The notes below the pieces were generated by a model that did not search any database, was not told where the DNA came from, and was given only the letters and a program-made list of their open reading frames with translations. A program made the position numbers and the translations under genes. Positions 17,567 to 26,658 of a stretch of DNA of 64,000 bases are shown one piece after another. The DNA is taken from the NCBI GenBank assembly GCA_030153785.1, contig JASKLF010000010.1, positions 1 to 64,000 of the forward strand, given 5' to 3'. Numbering within the stretch: the first letter of the stretch is position 1; each line of letters opens with the position of its first letter. The stretch comes from a bacterium. GTDB lineage: Bacteria; Synergistota; GBS-1.

Positions 17567-18543
17567 GGCCTTAGTATATACGAAGAATAAGTAGACTCCC
17601 CTTTTATCGCTTTGGACAAGGCATGAACCTGCGCATTAATAGCGCTATCAAGCGAGCGTGTCCTAATTTGTCCTTGAAATTCGGCTATAACCTTTTTCAT
17701 TCCCTCATAAGTAAGGTAGACTCCTGCAGAATCCTCTTCATCCTCTTGAAAGAAGCGGAAATCTCCCAAAAGCAACATTCTTTTGTTGGAAAGTTTTAAA
17801 AATATTCTATCCATGCACGGTCTAAATTCTTCCATTAAATCAAGAGCTAAAGAGGGCCTTCCATAGTCTATGGAGTGATAGAACCCTATGTAAGGGTCGA
17901 GCCCCTCTTTATACAAAGCCGATTCCACAAAACTAAAAAGCAAAGTATAAAGAAAACTTAAAACTGCATTAGCCGGGTCTTCTGGAGGACGACGAGTCCT
18001 TGAGGAGAACTTAAATATATCGTTCTTAACGCATAAATTTAGTGCTCTGAAATAGGATTCCGCTGCAGTGCCCTCTATCCCCATCAAAGACTCCAAAGAG
18101 GGACAAAATTCTATTTTCATCAAGAGCGAACGCAAAAAGGAACATGCCTCGCCTATCTCCCGATTTTTCGTCTCCCACCTATACTTTTGCAAAAGAGATA
18201 TGGAGTTCCTTATTTTCCCCCTAACAAATTCCTTAGCCAGACTTAGCTTAAAATTCATATCCCTGCATTTCTCATACTGCATAAGCCTAAGAAAAATATT
18301 TTTAGAAAATTTGCCCTGGAGCCTTCCCCTATAATCACCCCTTGAAGAGAGAAAAACTACCTCTATCCCTTTTCTAAGAGAATAGCTTATCAGATAAGGA
18401 GATAAACGAACGTTCCCCAGTAGAATAATTTTTTCAACACTGCCATCGGCATAGCTTCTTACCACTTCATCACCTATCTTAACCACTATTCTACCTCCGT
18501 GAACGGAAAGTTCTGCACCTTGCTCCAAAACATAGACAACCAT
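17563..18543 (-). CDS. cas1: CRISPR-associated integrase Cas1 (no RT fusion)
   Basis: GIEGTAAESYF, RTRRPPEDPANAVLSFLY, GLDPYIGFYH, SLALDLMEEFR. Confidence 0.97.
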   Translation of the reverse strand: MVVYVLEQGAELSVHGGRIVVKIGDEVVRSYADGSVEKIILLGNVRLSPYLISYSLRKGIEVVFLSSRGDYRGRLQGKFSKNIFLRLMQYEKCRDMNFKLSLAKEFVRGKIRNSISLLQKYRWETKNREIGEACSFLRSLLMKIEFCPSLESLMGIEGTAAESYFRALNLCVKNDIFKFSSRTRRPPEDPANAVLSFLYTLLFSFVESALYKEGLDPYIGFYHSIDYGRPSLALDLMEEFRPCMDRIFLKLSNKRMLLLGDFRFFQEDEEDSAGVYLTYEGMKKVIAEFQGQIRTRSLDSAINAQVHALSKAIKGESTYSSYILRP

Positions 18544-18544
18544 T

Positions 18545-20326
18545 TTATCCTACATCCAAGATAATGTTTTCTCCATCGAACTTTAATGTATATCCTTCCA
18601 CACGAATCTTTTCCAAACCCCTCTCCTGCATATAGTTAGCTATGGAGTTTTCCACCCTTTTAAGCTCCATTTTAGCTTCCTCAAAAATCTTTCTAACCCT
18701 TATATATTCCATAACCATTACTAACTCATCGGGTTCTTCACGCTCAGCAGCTTTAAGATGAAGAAGAGGAGTTGGATAGCCTTCGATGTTTTTGCCGGCA
18801 AAACATTCCGTGCAGTTATCCTTAGTTATTTCAGGAATTTTGGACCTTATCTTAGGACAGCTCATGGGGTAACCACTTAGTTTGCTCTTTAAATAAACCC
18901 TTTTGTTCTGCACACCAGATAAGCTTAAAATAGAGTTCACCACCTTATCTCCATTAGAAAGGTTACCAAGCGTAAAGGTTATTACCGATATCTCAGGACC
19001 AGTTAAAGGAAAACCGCTTTTGCTCTTTTCATAAAGTTTGGCTATTACATTACACCTTGATTTTATGATCATAAACTCCTTATCCTCTTCCAGGATGAAC
19101 TCTCTCTGAGGAATATCTTCCTGAAGAACCTCTACAGAAACGGTCCTAATCAAGTTACCTAAAGATTTACAAGCTTCGCTAAACTCATCTTCAGAAACCA
19201 GCTCCATGGAAAGCAGATAAGATAGTTGATCCTCATAAGGTCCTCCATCGGGAGTTACAAATAAGCTTCTTCTCCCCGTTCTTTTATGAACCCCAAGAGG
19301 AAGCTTAATTAAGTTCCCTAAACCTCCGCTCTTAATGTAAGCTTGCTTGGGAAAAAGCTCGACAGAAACATCAACCGGAAAGGGTCTTAAAGACTCCATT
19401 AACGATAAACCGAATTCCCTAACTTTTAATGCCGATATCGGCTTTTTAAATAAAACCCAAACATGATAGCCCTTAAAACCAGAATATTCTATGTAAGACT
19501 TAAGTCCAAGTTCGTCGAAGCTTCGAGAAATTTTAGAAGCCAAAGAGATTAGCTCCTGGTCTATTCTGTTCTTTACAGAGGGAGAAGAAAGGTAAGAAGA
19601 AAGCTCAGCCTTCGCCACATCAATATCGAAAGCCAGAAAACAAACGGTGTTATCTTCTCTGAGCTGATATATCCCAAGTGTATAATTCCCGAGAATGTGA
19701 TTCTTTACCTGATTCAACGTTAACGGCTCCCTTATCGGCGTGAAACCTACCTCTCCCCTTGGCGTAACCCATTGTCTGGCATGAACTCCATCTCTTCCCC
19801 TAAAAAGAGAAAGATATTTAGCGAGGTGAATTTCGGAAGGAACCAAAAGCTCTTCAGTTATGATCTCCTGGTCCTTTTCTTTCAAACTTTTAAGAATCTC
19901 CTTAAAGATGGAGTCACCACTTAAAGATAATGCCTCCTCACAAAGGGCCTTCAGTTCCTCATACCTTTCTTGAATTTCATATATTCTTGCAAGCAAAAGG
20001 TAAAGGTGTTTTTCCTTGCGCCTGCCGAGAAATCTTTTTAAAAGCCTTTCGGCGTCATCAAGTCTCCCGCTGTCTATGTAGCTTTCTATTAAGCATTCAA
20101 GAGCGAACATGTTTTCTTCATCGTCCCTTAAAGAGAGACACAATTCTTGCTCAGCTAAGTTATTTAATCCCAAAGCCTTAAGGGTCTTAAAGGCTTCAAG
20201 ATGCAAGTTGCTATCAACCACGCCGTGAGCAGGAAAGCGGTTTTTTAATAGCTCCTCAGCTTCCCTTTGCTCCCCGCGCTCTATGAGAGCTTTAGCCTTC
20301 TCAAGAACATCTTTTAAATCCTCCAT
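18545..20326 (-). CDS. CRISPR-associated primase-polymerase (CAPP): TPR-like N-terminus, AEP core and Cys-containing PriCT-like domain
   Basis: Helical TPR-like N-terminus, FRGRDGVHARQW, AEP motif I FDID, motif II SGFKGYHVW, ELFPKQ, GNLIKLPLG, C-terminal Cys residues (RCNV, MSCPK, NCTEC); abuts cas1. Confidence 0.88.
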   Translation of the reverse strand: MEDLKDVLEKAKALIERGEQREAEELLKNRFPAHGVVDSNLHLEAFKTLKALGLNNLAEQELCLSLRDDEENMFALECLIESYIDSGRLDDAERLLKRFLGRRKEKHLYLLLARIYEIQERYEELKALCEEALSLSGDSIFKEILKSLKEKDQEIITEELLVPSEIHLAKYLSLFRGRDGVHARQWVTPRGEVGFTPIREPLTLNQVKNHILGNYTLGIYQLREDNTVCFLAFDIDVAKAELSSYLSSPSVKNRIDQELISLASKISRSFDELGLKSYIEYSGFKGYHVWVLFKKPISALKVREFGLSLMESLRPFPVDVSVELFPKQAYIKSGGLGNLIKLPLGVHKRTGRRSLFVTPDGGPYEDQLSYLLSMELVSEDEFSEACKSLGNLIRTVSVEVLQEDIPQREFILEEDKEFMIIKSRCNVIAKLYEKSKSGFPLTGPEISVITFTLGNLSNGDKVVNSILSLSGVQNKRVYLKSKLSGYPMSCPKIRSKIPEITKDNCTECFAGKNIEGYPTPLLHLKAAEREEPDELVMVMEYIRVRKIFEEAKMELKRVENSIANYMQERGLEKIRVEGYTLKFDGENIILDVG

Positions 20327-20340
20327 CTTTTGTCAGCCCC

Positions 20341-21795
20341 TTAATAGAGCCTGTCAAGCTCTTCCTTCAATATCCTATTAGCCTCATCATAGAAGTTCTC
20401 TTTAAAACCGAATCGTTCTTTAAATACCCTATAAACTTCCTCTAAATCTTTTACCTGCGATTCAGGAAATTGGACCACATCATGAGCAAAAGGCCCTTTG
20501 TTTCTTAGCTCTCTTAAGCGCTCTATCCTGGACTCTACGTCCTTATCGCAAATAATAGAATAGACACGCTCTATTTCTTCTATGGGCTTAACTATTTCCT
20601 CCCTCATCTTTTCGATGGCATACGATAAAATTGCCTTCTTTTCAACAAAATTCAGCTTTCCCTCTTCATCCGCCCCTGCCTTCTTAATTTTCTCGATGGC
20701 GCTCGATAAAATGCCCTTCTCATCGGGAAGATTCGCTTCATTCTTTAGCTTTTCCACTATCCCTTCCTCCTTTAGCTTATCAAATGCAACACTGAGCAAA
20801 AGATCTGTGAAGTTAAATAGGGCAGCACAGGCAGAGTGATATTCCCCTTTCTTCAAGTATATCTCCATCTCCTCAAAGGAAGCTTTTAAGCGAAATTTAG
20901 CATCGCTCATCTTCTGAATGCTTCCCAAAGTATTAGAGAAGTAGTCCCAAAATTTTTTCCTCCCTGGAAAATCCTTTTTAAGATCTCCTACGCAATTACG
21001 GGCATTCTTGAAGTCAAACAGCCTTCTTAATTTCATCGCCCTAAGGAGCGACTTTAGTTCGGAAGCCCCGAAAAGCCCGGACTCTTCAAGCTCCTTTAAG
21101 GCATCAGCATAGCTGTAAGAATCTATCAATCTCTTAATAACGGCCTTACGCTCAGAAAAAACGAGCTTTTCAAGGAATACACTTTCCTTAACCTGGGTTT
21201 CTTTCCCATCAGCGATTTTCATAAGGTTAAATATCTTCAATGGAGCGGGAATGTTTCTTAAAGCAAGTATCAGAGAGAAACACATCGCAGGGGTGCCCGC
21301 AGTAACCTGAACATAATTAACTGAAAAAGATTTAAGCTTCTCTTCCTCCTCATTAATGAAGTTCATGAAAAATTCGCTCATCTCCTCATGGCTCGCCGGA
21401 TTGCCCTTTATCACCTTAATGGAAACTTTCCCCTTAAAACCCTTCCCATAGCTCTTGGGTAGGAAATGGTCCTCTATAATTTTCGCAAGATATATGGTGT
21501 CCTGAGGGTGAGGAGCTTCCTGGTCTGTAGCAAACAAATATATGGAATCGGGAAGTCCCTTTTCTTCTTTAATACCAAATCTCAGGAAAGTAGGGAACGT
21601 GGGGAAAAATATTCTTACATCGGGAAGCAGAATGCTATCTTTCTTCTTATTAGTATCGAATTTTTCTTCAGAAAGTCTTAAATAGAGCTCTTTTGTTTTC
21701 TCTCTAAAATTGTTTCTTATATCTATCCTTTCCGAATTGCCGTTATATAATTGTAAATCATTATTACCAAGCGTATAAAGTAAACTCCACGTCAC
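20341..21795 (-). CDS. CARF-HEPN cOA-activated ribonuclease (Csm6/Csx1-like)
   Basis: CARF motifs YTLGNND, ATDQ...DT, VTAGTPAM; helical middle region; HEPN RNKGPFAH; likely GTG start at 21795 after GGAGG. Confidence 0.8.
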   Translation of the reverse strand: MTWSLLYTLGNNDLQLYNGNSERIDIRNNFREKTKELYLRLSEEKFDTNKKKDSILLPDVRIFFPTFPTFLRFGIKEEKGLPDSIYLFATDQEAPHPQDTIYLAKIIEDHFLPKSYGKGFKGKVSIKVIKGNPASHEEMSEFFMNFINEEEEKLKSFSVNYVQVTAGTPAMCFSLILALRNIPAPLKIFNLMKIADGKETQVKESVFLEKLVFSERKAVIKRLIDSYSYADALKELEESGLFGASELKSLLRAMKLRRLFDFKNARNCVGDLKKDFPGRKKFWDYFSNTLGSIQKMSDAKFRLKASFEEMEIYLKKGEYHSACAALFNFTDLLLSVAFDKLKEEGIVEKLKNEANLPDEKGILSSAIEKIKKAGADEEGKLNFVEKKAILSYAIEKMREEIVKPIEEIERVYSIICDKDVESRIERLRELRNKGPFAHDVVQFPESQVKDLEEVYRVFKERFGFKENFYDEANRILKEELDRLY

Positions 21796-21839
21796 CTTTC
21801 TACCCTCCCTTACCAAACAAAAATTCCTAATGGAGAAGC

Positions 21840-22330
21840 TCAAAAGAGCATGTCGGAAATATGTCTTCGAAGGAAATCCGCTTGACTGCGAAACGGCGTA
21901 GTTACACCAATAAAGATATGGAATTCTCGAAGTTCATTAATCTTGACCAGCAGTTTTTTAACCACTTCCGCTTCCTCATAATTTATGTTGTTCCTCTCAG
22001 CCCCTTCCGTGTGAATCCAGAGTATCCCTTGAAAATCTTTAAATCTTTGGTGAATCGAATATCACAAAACCTCTTATGTGACTAAACTCGGGAGAAAAAA
22101 AACCGATTCAAGCCCGTTTTTAAGGAGGTTAAGGAGATCGAATTTATAGGGAGGTTATTGGAAATTATAAGCGAATCAGGAATAGAAGATAGAATATTGG
22201 GCTGGACTACCAGATTCAGGTTCACCCCGTCTAAAGAGGAAAATCTCCTTCTAAGAGGCTCAAAAATGACACCATAGGCGCGTCGCTCATGATCAAATCC
22301 AAAATCAGAAACTAAAGGGGAACGAAACAT
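21840..22330 (-). pseudogene. Degenerate superfamily-1 (UPF1/DNA2-like, AAA_12-type) helicase remnant
   Basis: Minus frame 22061-21840 reads GILWIHTEGAERNNINYEEAEVVKKLL...IGVTTPFRSQADFLRRHI*. It has no SD-linked start and there are in-frame stops just upstream. Confidence 0.6.
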
Positions 22331-22337
22331 AAAAATG

Positions 22338-23273
22338 TCACCCCGCGACGCTTAAACTACCCAAAGCCACCCTCCCGAAACCAAATGTCGTGTTTTTGCC
22401 CACATGAAGCTCCCTCATAGCTCTCAAATAGGGTAAGAGAAAAGCGAAAACGGGCTTGTACTTTACACTTCCCATAACTCCGTAAAAAGGAATCCTTCGC
22501 CTTTGCCTATGGGAAAACCTTTCAAAAATCCCCTCGTTTAATGAAAAGCTTACTATGTTAACTTCGTCAAGCATACTCAATACATCTTTAAAAGGATACT
22601 GGCCATCTCCTCCACAGTGGAAGTAATCTAAAAGAACTATTCTCCTAAAGAAATTCCTCATCAGGGCAGAAAATTGCGGAATATCTAAAACCTCTCCATT
22701 AAAAACAAGCCTTAAGGGAGACTCTAAGATAAGCTCTACCAAAAATGGGGATAAATCCTCATCAAGGTCAAATTTAAGATAGTTATAGTCCTCTGTAGGG
22801 AAATCTATGCCATCACCCTTAAAAAGGTTTTTCCCGTTAAATGATAAGGAGTTAATCTCAAAATCCAAACTTCTCAATACATTCGAAAAGCAATAAGCAA
22901 AGTAAGGAAGATATTCGTTAGCTCTACCAATAAGGGTTAACTCTATGATTACCTTATCCCCTTCGGCGAGGGAAAGGTTCTTGAATGGAAAGTATATAAC
23001 AAAAGGGCGGGGAGCAGTTTCGTATTTACGCATGATTTTAGTTAGAGGCGGCGGAGAAGTTTCAAAAATTATGGCATAAGGACAGGAGGTCCTGAGCATA
23101 CATTTTATGCAATTGGAAGCCTTTCTTATACACACGAGCCTCCTAAATTCTGCTCCAAATTTGCCCCGCAATACGTTAGACCCAAAAGGCCCCATCTTCC
23201 TATCTTTCTTAGATATACATTCTAAGTCATATTTTCTCCAGTAAAGCATCCTCCAATAGCACCTCTCCCCCAT
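22338..23273 (-). CDS. cas6: Cas6 pre-crRNA processing endoribonuclease
   Basis: GSNVLRGKFG, Cys cluster, PRPFV, C-terminal G-loop LHVGKNTTFGFG; true start may be 23249. Confidence 0.9.
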   Translation of the reverse strand: MGERCYWRMLYWRKYDLECISKKDRKMGPFGSNVLRGKFGAEFRRLVCIRKASNCIKCMLRTSCPYAIIFETSPPPLTKIMRKYETAPRPFVIYFPFKNLSLAEGDKVIIELTLIGRANEYLPYFAYCFSNVLRSLDFEINSLSFNGKNLFKGDGIDFPTEDYNYLKFDLDEDLSPFLVELILESPLRLVFNGEVLDIPQFSALMRNFFRRIVLLDYFHCGGDGQYPFKDVLSMLDEVNIVSFSLNEGIFERFSHRQRRRIPFYGVMGSVKYKPVFAFLLPYLRAMRELHVGKNTTFGFGRVALGSLSVAG

Positions 23274-23976
23274 CTATCGCAAAGGGAACAATATCAAACA
23301 AATTAAGTTTAGAACAAAACTCCACATCTTTATATCTTCCATGGATTATGGCGTTCTTACCGCTCGCTGAATTCAGAAAAACGTCAAAGGCATCGCTTTT
23401 TAAAGCCCAGCTTTCAGCCACAAGAGCGGCATCATTAAGCTCTACATCTCCTAAAAAGTCCCGCAGTCTCGAAACCATGACCCCAGCACAGTAAAAATCA
23501 TCAGAGACAAAATTGCCTTCTTTCCCAGCACAAGCTATACCTATACCATCAAGGGAGTCCACGGAAAGAGTATTTAGAACAAGATTCACAACAGCATCAA
23601 GGTTAATCATAGAACCTATAATTACCTTTTTATTATTCTTTAAGAGCTTTCTTAAAAGACGGGTCCCATTGGTAGTAGTCAAGACCGCATGCTTTCCCTT
23701 TATCAAGGGAGAGTTTTCCATTATCTCCGTGGGAGAGTTATCAAGGTCAAAACCAGCGATCTTTACCCCGCCCCTTTCCCCAATAAGAAGGGTTTCGGGA
23801 TTCTCTCTTTTTATCCTTCTCGCCTCTCTAATAGAAGCGCTTACAAAGATTCGTTTCCCCCCACACGCGAAGAAGGTAACTATGGTAGAAGTGGCTCTTA
23901 TAACATCAAGAGCTACCCAAAGATACCTCCCTTGCGGTAACTTCTCAGATATGGATGGAAGGACATAAATTTTCAT
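23227..23976 (-). CDS. comB: 2-phosphosulfolactate phosphatase family protein
   Basis: DVIRATSTI, GERGG, FDLDNSP, LTTTNGT, CAG, DDFYCAG. Confidence 0.85.
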   Translation of the reverse strand: MKIYVLPSISEKLPQGRYLWVALDVIRATSTIVTFFACGGKRIFVSASIREARRIKRENPETLLIGERGGVKIAGFDLDNSPTEIMENSPLIKGKHAVLTTTNGTRLLRKLLKNNKKVIIGSMINLDAVVNLVLNTLSVDSLDGIGIACAGKEGNFVSDDFYCAGVMVSRLRDFLGDVELNDAALVAESWALKSDAFDVFLNSASGKNAIIHGRYKDVEFCSKLNLFDIVPFAIDGGEVLLEDALLEKI

Positions 23977-23979
23977 TCA

Positions 23980-24465
23980 TCATCCTCTCCTGAGCAAAGG
24001 AATGGCAACGGCCCCCAGAAGAAGTAATAAACCCATACTATTAAAGCGTGAACCGCTTACAGAACTACAACCCCCACCACACCACCAATCAAAATCAACT
24101 TTAACATAACGCGGGCCTGCCCATGTAGAGAGACCGTATTCATCCTCAACCTTGACATATATTTCATATTCTCCCTCCGACCAAACTTCATACCACAAAC
24201 TATCCCCGTAGTCAGCTTCCATACCATCTACATACCAGGTATAGAAAACCCTATCCCCATCAGGGTCATAAGCTTCAACGCGACCTTTTATGACAGCATA
24301 TTCATCGCAGTAATCTCCATAACAGTTATCCCAATAATCGTAGTAGTCTACCTCCACCCACCAGTCCGTTATTACAGGAGAACGATTTTGAGAATATGCT
24401 ACCCCCAAGGGGGCAAATATTAACGTTAGGATAAGCAATAAAATGAAAGGGCTTCTATCTCTCAA
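23980..24465 (-). CDS. Secreted PKD/Ig-like protein with a C-terminal GGGC-TM-basic sorting signal
   Basis: Signal peptide; NRSPVI...AYDPDGD...YTWYVDG...VEDEYG; tail CGGGCSS...LLLLLGAVAIPLLRRG. Confidence 0.65.
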   Translation of the reverse strand: MRDRSPFILLLILTLIFAPLGVAYSQNRSPVITDWWVEVDYYDYWDNCYGDYCDEYAVIKGRVEAYDPDGDRVFYTWYVDGMEADYGDSLWYEVWSEGEYEIYVKVEDEYGLSTWAGPRYVKVDFDWWCGGGCSSVSGSRFNSMGLLLLLGAVAIPLLRRG

Positions 24466-25700
24466 ATTACACCTCCTTTCTTCATTAACTCAAGAAGAAC
24501 TTCAACCACTTTTTGAGCAAACTCCGGATCGTTAATGTTATAGTCAAGCTCATAAACAGGTATATGGGGCTTAAGATTGGACTTTATAGCTTCAAAACAG
24601 GCTCTATCGGCTTCCGGGTCCCAGAAAGGCCCTCCCGGGCTGTCAAGCATGGAAACTCCCTTAAGGGGAATAAGTATGGCCACAGGGCCTTTACTCTCAT
24701 TAGCTGCCTTGGCTATCCATTCTCCTATCTTCTTATTCTCCTCCACATTCGTTCTAACCAAGGTGACATTAGGATTCCATTCGTAAATGTTTCTCGTTTT
24801 ATAAGATTCAGGAAGGGTGTCTTTCGCCCAAAAGTTAATCATATCAACACAGCCAGGAACCAATACCGTTGGAACTCCCCTCCTTGCTGCAGCAAATAAT
24901 CTGTCTTTACCGGCAGTAAGCACTCCACCGCCTATTTCATCAGCAAGCTCTGTCGTAGTTATATCAGCCACAGCCGAAACCAAACCCTCTTCTATGAGCA
25001 TCTCCATCGTTTTCCCGCCGGTTCCCGTGGCGTGAAAAACCAAGATTTCGTAGCTATCACCTAAAAGCTCCTTAACCTTCTCAACACAGGGAGTGGTATT
25101 ACCGAACATGCTTATAACTATCACGGGTTTTTCTGGAGCTTTCGCCATCTCTTCAGAAGCGCCATGCGAAAGCATACCCGCTAATGCTCCAACGGCATTT
25201 CTGTAAACTATTCTACTTATCCTATTTAAGCCAGCCACATCAACTATGGAGGGAATCATTATTATATCCTTCAATCCCACATAGCGGGAGACATCTCCGC
25301 CAGCTACAGTAGAAACCATGATCTTGGGAATACCTATGGGCAAAGTTTGCATAGCGGTTGTCGCTATAACCGTTCCCGCGCTTCCACCCATCCCCATTAT
25401 GCCGTCTAATTTCCCTTCATCATAAAGCTTTTTAACAACCTCCTTAAGCCCTCTGGTCATTACCTCCATAGCCAGAGCCTTATCTTTCTTCGATTGGAGC
25501 TCCTCTATACTTACTCCGCCCGATTTAGCCACCTCGTCCCTCTTTATGTCCGGCTCAAAGAAGGGTGCACCCACTACACCAAAATCAACGACGATAGTAT
25601 CGAAACCCATACCTCTAAGTAGGTCCCTGACATAGGCAAAATCCCGTCCTTTAGTATCAAGCGCTCCTACCAGAACAACCTTTTTAGCCATGACAACCAC
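24462..25700 (-). CDS. Tm-1-like ATP-binding domain protein (UPF0261)
   Basis: GALDTKG, GGSAGT, LPIGIPKIMVST, SIVDVAGLN, SMFGNTTPCV, FHATGTGG, DITTTELAD. Confidence 0.9.
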   Translation of the reverse strand: MVVMAKKVVLVGALDTKGRDFAYVRDLLRGMGFDTIVVDFGVVGAPFFEPDIKRDEVAKSGGVSIEELQSKKDKALAMEVMTRGLKEVVKKLYDEGKLDGIMGMGGSAGTVIATTAMQTLPIGIPKIMVSTVAGGDVSRYVGLKDIIMIPSIVDVAGLNRISRIVYRNAVGALAGMLSHGASEEMAKAPEKPVIVISMFGNTTPCVEKVKELLGDSYEILVFHATGTGGKTMEMLIEEGLVSAVADITTTELADEIGGGVLTAGKDRLFAAARRGVPTVLVPGCVDMINFWAKDTLPESYKTRNIYEWNPNVTLVRTNVEENKKIGEWIAKAANESKGPVAILIPLKGVSMLDSPGGPFWDPEADRACFEAIKSNLKPHIPVYELDYNINDPEFAQKVVEVLLELMKKGGVI

Positions 25701-25702
25701 TC

Positions 25703-26542
25703 CTATCGAGCCAACTTCAGAGATTTAAAAGCTTCAACCTGAGATTTAATAGCCCTCTCCGTGGGAAGACGTTCTATGCTCGAAGCGCCAAAGAATCCCA
25801 CCACCCCAGGCATCATAGCCAAAGCCTTACCCACATTCTCAGGCTCATCAAAAGGACCACCATGACATATAACCAAAATATCCTTGCGAACCCTTTTTGC
25901 CGCTTCAGCAATAGACATAACCTTTTCAACAGCCTGCTCAAGCGTCATAGCCACACCAGCGCCTATACTCCCCCCCGTGGTAAGCCCTACATGGGCTACT
26001 ATCATATCGGCACCAGCTTTAACCATTTCAACAGCTTGGTCTTCATCAAAAACATAGGGAGTAGTAAACATGTCGAGCTCATGAGCTATTCTTATCATCT
26101 CTATCTCCTTATCGTATCCCATACCAGTAGCTTCAAGGTTAGCTCTAAAATTACCATCAATCAAACCAACGGTTGGGAAATTTTGAACACCAGAAAACCC
26201 CATCTCTTTAAGCTCTTTAAGAAAAACAGGCATAAGCCTAAAAGGATCAGTTCCACAAACTCCAGCCAAAACAGGGGTATTCTTGACCACGGGCAAAACT
26301 TCTCTTGCCATTTCTACCACTATTGCATTGGCATCACCATAAGGCATTAAACCTGCCAGTGAACCTCTTCCACCCATTCTAAAACGACCAGAGTTATATA
26401 TGACTATAAGGTCTATGCCTCCAGCTTCCGCCATCTTAGCGGAAATTCCTGTCCCCGCTCCTCCCCCGATGATAGGCCTCCCTGCCTCAAGCTGTGCATG
26501 TAAACGAGCTAATATTTCCTCTCTTGTAAAACCTATCTTCAA
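25703..26542 (-). CDS. PEP-hydrolase-like TIM-barrel protein (partner of the Tm-1-like protein)
   Basis: [49 protein letters not shown]. Confidence 0.9.
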   Translation of the reverse strand: MKIGFTREEILARLHAQLEAGRPIIGGGAGTGISAKMAEAGGIDLIVIYNSGRFRMGGRGSLAGLMPYGDANAIVVEMAREVLPVVKNTPVLAGVCGTDPFRLMPVFLKELKEMGFSGVQNFPTVGLIDGNFRANLEATGMGYDKEIEMIRIAHELDMFTTPYVFDEDQAVEMVKAGADMIVAHVGLTTGGSIGAGVAMTLEQAVEKVMSIAEAAKRVRKDILVICHGGPFDEPENVGKALAMMPGVVGFFGASSIERLPTERAIKSQVEAFKSLKLAR

Positions 26543-26582
26543 TTTCTGACACCTCCTTAACAGGATACTTTTTACAAACTCT

Positions 26583-26612
26583 ATTATAAAACTTATTAAA
26601 AGGATAGGTCAA
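26583..26612 (-). promoter_or_regulatory. Promoter heading the TIM-barrel...cas2 gene run
   Basis: Minus strand TTGACC-N18-TATAAT. Confidence 0.5.
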
Positions 26613-26658
26613 CACTTAAGATGACAAGCTTTAAAATCATTGATAAAATATCTAAAGG

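Noticed and set aside
22082..22330. 82-aa ORF as an independent small Cas accessory protein
   Set aside because: Atypical composition and no SD; better explained as part of the decayed region.
17282..23273. Reverse transcriptase or Cas4 explaining the spacer strand bias
   Set aside because: No YADD-type RT motifs or Cas4 RecB/Cys pattern in any ORF, and cas1 is unfused.
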